NCBI GenBank assembly: GCA_023379125.1
Contig: JAMCSY010000011.1
Location: 5,333-69,332 of the forward strand
Source of the DNA: Patescibacteria group bacterium
Lineage (GTDB): Bacteria > Patescibacteriota > Microgenomatia > Daviesbacterales > UBA10151
Length of the DNA: 64,000 nt
Direction of reading: 5' to 3'
Shown here: in pieces, positions 60,821 through 64,000 of the stretch
Numbering within the stretch: the first letter of the stretch is position 1
Layout of the letters: every line of letters starts with the position of its first letter
Program-made: the position numbers and the translations under genes
Notes under the pieces: generated by a model
What the model was told of the DNA's origin: nothing
Seen by the model: only the letters and a program-made list of their open reading frames with translations
The model's database searches: none

Positions 60821-61591
60821 ACACTCCTCAAGTTTATCCAAAATATCTTGTAAATCTTTGGGCAGCTTGCTTTCAAATTCCAATCTCTCCCCTGTCTGTG
60901 GATGATCAAAAGATAACTCGGCAGCATGTAAAAACTGTCTGGGGCACCACCTTTTATCTAAACGAGCAGTTTTCCTACCACCATACTTTTCATCCCCTAC
61001 AATACTGTGCCCAATATATTTTAAATGTACTCTAATTTGATGAGTCCGTCCAGTTAGTGGATGACATCGCAGCAAACTAAAGACATTATAATTGGCTTTA
61101 TTCAGCTTTCTCTGCTGAATTTTATTAAAATTTACTAAAAGATTTTGGTACTCACTTGTTAAAAATTGATATTGGCTGATTGGCTGATATTCAGTAATTG
61201 CCTGACGCAAAATACCACTATCGTCCTCCTCGTCAGCAAAAACAACAAACTTTTCTCGGTCTCCAGGATTTCGGCCAATTAAAGTTTCAATTTTACCTGC
61301 CTGCTCAACTCGGCCATGTACTAAAGCTAAATAACTTTTATCAACTGTCCGTTCTTTAAATTGGATTTGTAAAGCTTGTAGAACGAGATTGTTTTTTGCC
61401 ACTAACATTAAGCCCGAGGTATCTTTATCTAGTCTGTGCACAATACCACTTCTATCAGCCTGAATATGATAATTATTTTTTAGTAAATCTTCTAAAGTAG
61501 GCTCTTGTTGAGTTTGAGTAGCGGTAACTACTAGATTGGGTGGTTTATCGATGACGAGCAAAGCTTCATCTTCAAAAACAACTTTAAGCAT
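60812..61591 (-). CDS. RluA/RluD-family pseudouridine synthase (no S4 domain)
   Basis: VIDKP, GIVHRLDKDTSG, TGRTHQIRVH, QFLHA. Confidence 0.92.
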   Translation of the reverse strand: MLKVVFEDEALLVIDKPPNLVVTATQTQQEPTLEDLLKNNYHIQADRSGIVHRLDKDTSGLMLVAKNNLVLQALQIQFKERTVDKSYLALVHGRVEQAGKIETLIGRNPGDREKFVVFADEEDDSGILRQAITEYQPISQYQFLTSEYQNLLVNFNKIQQRKLNKANYNVFSLLRCHPLTGRTHQIRVHLKYIGHSIVGDEKYGGRKTARLDKRWCPRQFLHAAELSFDHPQTGERLEFESKLPKDLQDILDKLEECQS

Positions 61592-61991
61592 TAGTGGGAG
61601 TTGGCACTTTTTGCAGGAAGTTATTCAATTCTACCAAAACCTCATCAGGATTCATTGCTGATTTAATCAAATAACCATTAGCACCTAGCTCAAAAGCTTG
61701 GTTGATCACAGTATCATGACCTAAATTTGTTAATACTACAATTGGGCCATTGGCTACCTTGGCTGGCTGCAACTTTAGCTCTCTGAGGATCTGTAGGCCA
61801 TCTCTTTTGGGTAACATAATATCTAATAAAGTTAAGTTCCAACCACCCTCTTTTAATTTATTTAACCCCACTTCTCCATCTGGGGCTACATCTACAGTGT
61901 ATCCTTCAGAGGTTAACAATTCTTGGTAAAAATCTCTCAAGAATTGATCATCCTCAACAATTAAAATTCTTTTACTTTTTTTATCATCCAT
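61584..61991 (-). CDS. Single-domain response regulator
   Basis: ILIVEDD, LLDIMLP, VVLTN, GANGYLIK. Confidence 0.9.
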   Translation of the reverse strand: MDDKKSKRILIVEDDQFLRDFYQELLTSEGYTVDVAPDGEVGLNKLKEGGWNLTLLDIMLPKRDGLQILRELKLQPAKVANGPIVVLTNLGHDTVINQAFELGANGYLIKSAMNPDEVLVELNNFLQKVPTPTNA

Positions 61992-62006
61992 AGCAATACT
62001 ATATAT

Positions 62007-62167
62007 AACACATCAGGGATCTGCTTCGCCAGTAGCTATTTTGGATACCTGGCTAGTTTAATGAATCTCCATTGACTCACACCAGTGTCATCTTCTAGAC
62101 CTCATCTTCGATAAGTCCCGTCTACAGTGGGAACCTATTTCATCTACGAGCTAACGCTGATGGTTCT
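62007..62167 (-). ncRNA. Candidate structured non-coding RNA (~160 nt), class unknown
   Basis: Closing stem AACCATCAG/CTGATGTGTT, three internal hairpins, TATAAT just upstream (62181-62176). Confidence 0.35.
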
Positions 62168-62844
62168 TCGTAGGTATTATAAATAGAATTAATCCATTCG
62201 GTTTGGCATGATTGCAAATCTTGTGAGTATATTTTTTTGAAGATGTTAGAAAATGTCTGATAATCGTTATCGGGAGCAAGCTGGGATAATAAAGATAGTA
62301 AATCTGCCTTATTATATTTTTCGATCAGGAAAGCTGTAAAAAGATAAGCCTGGTTGTAATTGTGTGTTTTCTCCCACCCTCTAGTATCATGCAGTTTGGA
62401 AAAATCTTGAGCATCTTCTAACTTCAGCGTTCTTGTTTTGTACTGTCCAGCTATAAGGCCTGCCAACCCCTCACTTAGCCAACGAGGATATTGTAAATGG
62501 AAAAGTTTCCAGGCAAAGCTATGGGCAATTTCATGAGTTAAAACCAAAGGAAAATCAGAAGCGGGATGAGGAGAAATCTCAGCAAAAATATGGGGACTGA
62601 GCATTACTACTGTTTCATGATTAACAATTGATCCAACCACCCAATCTGCTGTTGTTCTATCTAACTCACTATCCATTTGGTTTCTGGTATAAATTATCTT
62701 TATTTGTATCCCAGAAACATCTTGATCAAAAAATTGTCTATTTTGTTGATAAGAATACCGCATAACCTTGTCCAAGCTCTCCAAGGAATCAACTTTAGGA
62801 TCAAACTCAATTATTTCTAGTAAAGATCCCTCTATTTTGTTCAT
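62140..62844 (-). CDS. Peptidase MA-like (gluzincin) metalloprotease
   Basis: THEIAH then PRWLSEGLA. Confidence 0.75.
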   Translation of the reverse strand: MNKIEGSLLEIIEFDPKVDSLESLDKVMRYSYQQNRQFFDQDVSGIQIKIIYTRNQMDSELDRTTADWVVGSIVNHETVVMLSPHIFAEISPHPASDFPLVLTHEIAHSFAWKLFHLQYPRWLSEGLAGLIAGQYKTRTLKLEDAQDFSKLHDTRGWEKTHNYNQAYLFTAFLIEKYNKADLLSLLSQLAPDNDYQTFSNIFKKIYSQDLQSCQTEWINSIYNTYEEPSALARR

Positions 62845-62872
62845 TGTGTAACAAGACTTTAGCTTATTGCAC

Positions 62873-63859
62873 CTATTTTATAAACTTTTTTAATACCCTT
62901 AGAACCTGCCTTATATATAAAGCATCTAGAGACCTCCCATTTTCAATATATTTTCTAGAAATAGGCATTAGGTGGTATCCTGCATAGGTTCTCCAATAGC
63001 TCATGTCTTTTTGGTGATTTTTTAATATATCAATTTCTCTGTCATAATTTTCTTCTGTATTAAAACTAAAATATTTTTGAGCCAAATACCCTTTCGGTAA
63101 CAATGATTCCAATATGGCTTCGTTGATAATATTTTCCAAGGGCCTCTGACCAAAAAAGCTCTGAGATAATCTTAACTTGCTCTTTTTTTCTTTGGCAATC
63201 TTATCAATCAGCTCCTCATATTGTCTGTTTTGCCAAAAACTATGAATTAATTCATGCCACAACACCATCAGGGAACGTTGGATAACCTGTGAGCTATTAA
63301 TACCTATCTCCAGAGTAACGATTCCCGGGTCAAGGTTTGCACCACCATTAAAATAATATTCACTGGAAATCAATAAAATAACTGTAACCTGTTTAATTTC
63401 AACATCGGTACCAAAGAAAATATTCAGATCGTCAATTAGTTGTTTACTTGGAAATTTCTTATTATTTTCTTTAAGAAGACAAGCCCAATAATTTAATAAA
63501 AATTTTTCTTTTCTCCATACTTTTTTAAAGCGAGGAAGGAATACTTCAGCTGCCGACTGGAAGAGTTGTAATTCTTTAGTATTAAATTTGTTTTTTGCGA
63601 CCTGCCAAACTTTACTATCTGATTCAACCAGGAATACTCTACCCCAATATTTAGGACCAAAAGAGTATTTTTGAAATAACTTTTCAATATCTCCTAAGAC
63701 TTTCTTTTCATTACTAGATAAAGGACCTGTCTCTTGTAACCAAATATCTCTGTACACAGTTCTAACACTAAAATGCCAGCTAGTTAGATTAGAGATAAAG
63801 TGAAACAAATTAGCGGACTTTGAAATTCTATAATTCAAACCAACAGAAAAATTATTCAT
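62873..63859 (-). CDS. HExxH-motif putative metalloprotease
   Basis: WHELIH then INEAI; start moved to ATG 63859. Confidence 0.6.
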   Translation of the reverse strand: MNNFSVGLNYRISKSANLFHFISNLTSWHFSVRTVYRDIWLQETGPLSSNEKKVLGDIEKLFQKYSFGPKYWGRVFLVESDSKVWQVAKNKFNTKELQLFQSAAEVFLPRFKKVWRKEKFLLNYWACLLKENNKKFPSKQLIDDLNIFFGTDVEIKQVTVILLISSEYYFNGGANLDPGIVTLEIGINSSQVIQRSLMVLWHELIHSFWQNRQYEELIDKIAKEKKSKLRLSQSFFGQRPLENIINEAILESLLPKGYLAQKYFSFNTEENYDREIDILKNHQKDMSYWRTYAGYHLMPISRKYIENGRSLDALYIRQVLRVLKKFIK

Positions 63860-64000
63860 TTCGAATATATATTTTATGTAATTTATTACTATCTTAAGTG
63901 CTAGCAACTTAAGATAGTCCTTAGCTCAATCTATGCTTGATCTCTATGGGAGTCTATATAATCCCCATAAGGCATATTATGATCTATATGATCACTATGA

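Overview
AT-rich bacterial chromosomal segment (standard genetic code) whose gene content and protein style point to a Patescibacteria/CPR organism, most likely Microgenomates; this is an inference. Housekeeping genes: pheS, pheT, tyrS, recG, rpmF-nusB-acpP-rnc, rpsP-khpA-trmD, holB-like, gyrB, gyrA, nfo, xer, ruvC, yebC. A ~20 kb monoderm-type type IV pilus locus (pilB, pilT, pilC, pilD, pilMNO, 12 prepilin-like genes, no secretin) has two membrane glycosyltransferases (ArnT/PMT-like and TMTC-like with TPRs) inserted in it on the opposite strand. Other notable points: (1) an archaeal-type TyrRS with a matching archaeal-type tRNA-Tyr (C1-G72, short variable loop); (2) two families of short, highly structured intergenic repeats resembling non-autonomous IS200/IS605 elements; (3) a dif-like site near the only Xer gene; (4) hairpin-associated duplications at both ends of the yebC-ruvC unit; (5) an ACP homologue without its phosphopantetheine serine; (6) widespread leaderless-type promoters; (7) two unannotated small ORFs and a candidate structured RNA. 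All calls come from reading the sequence by eye; no searches were run.
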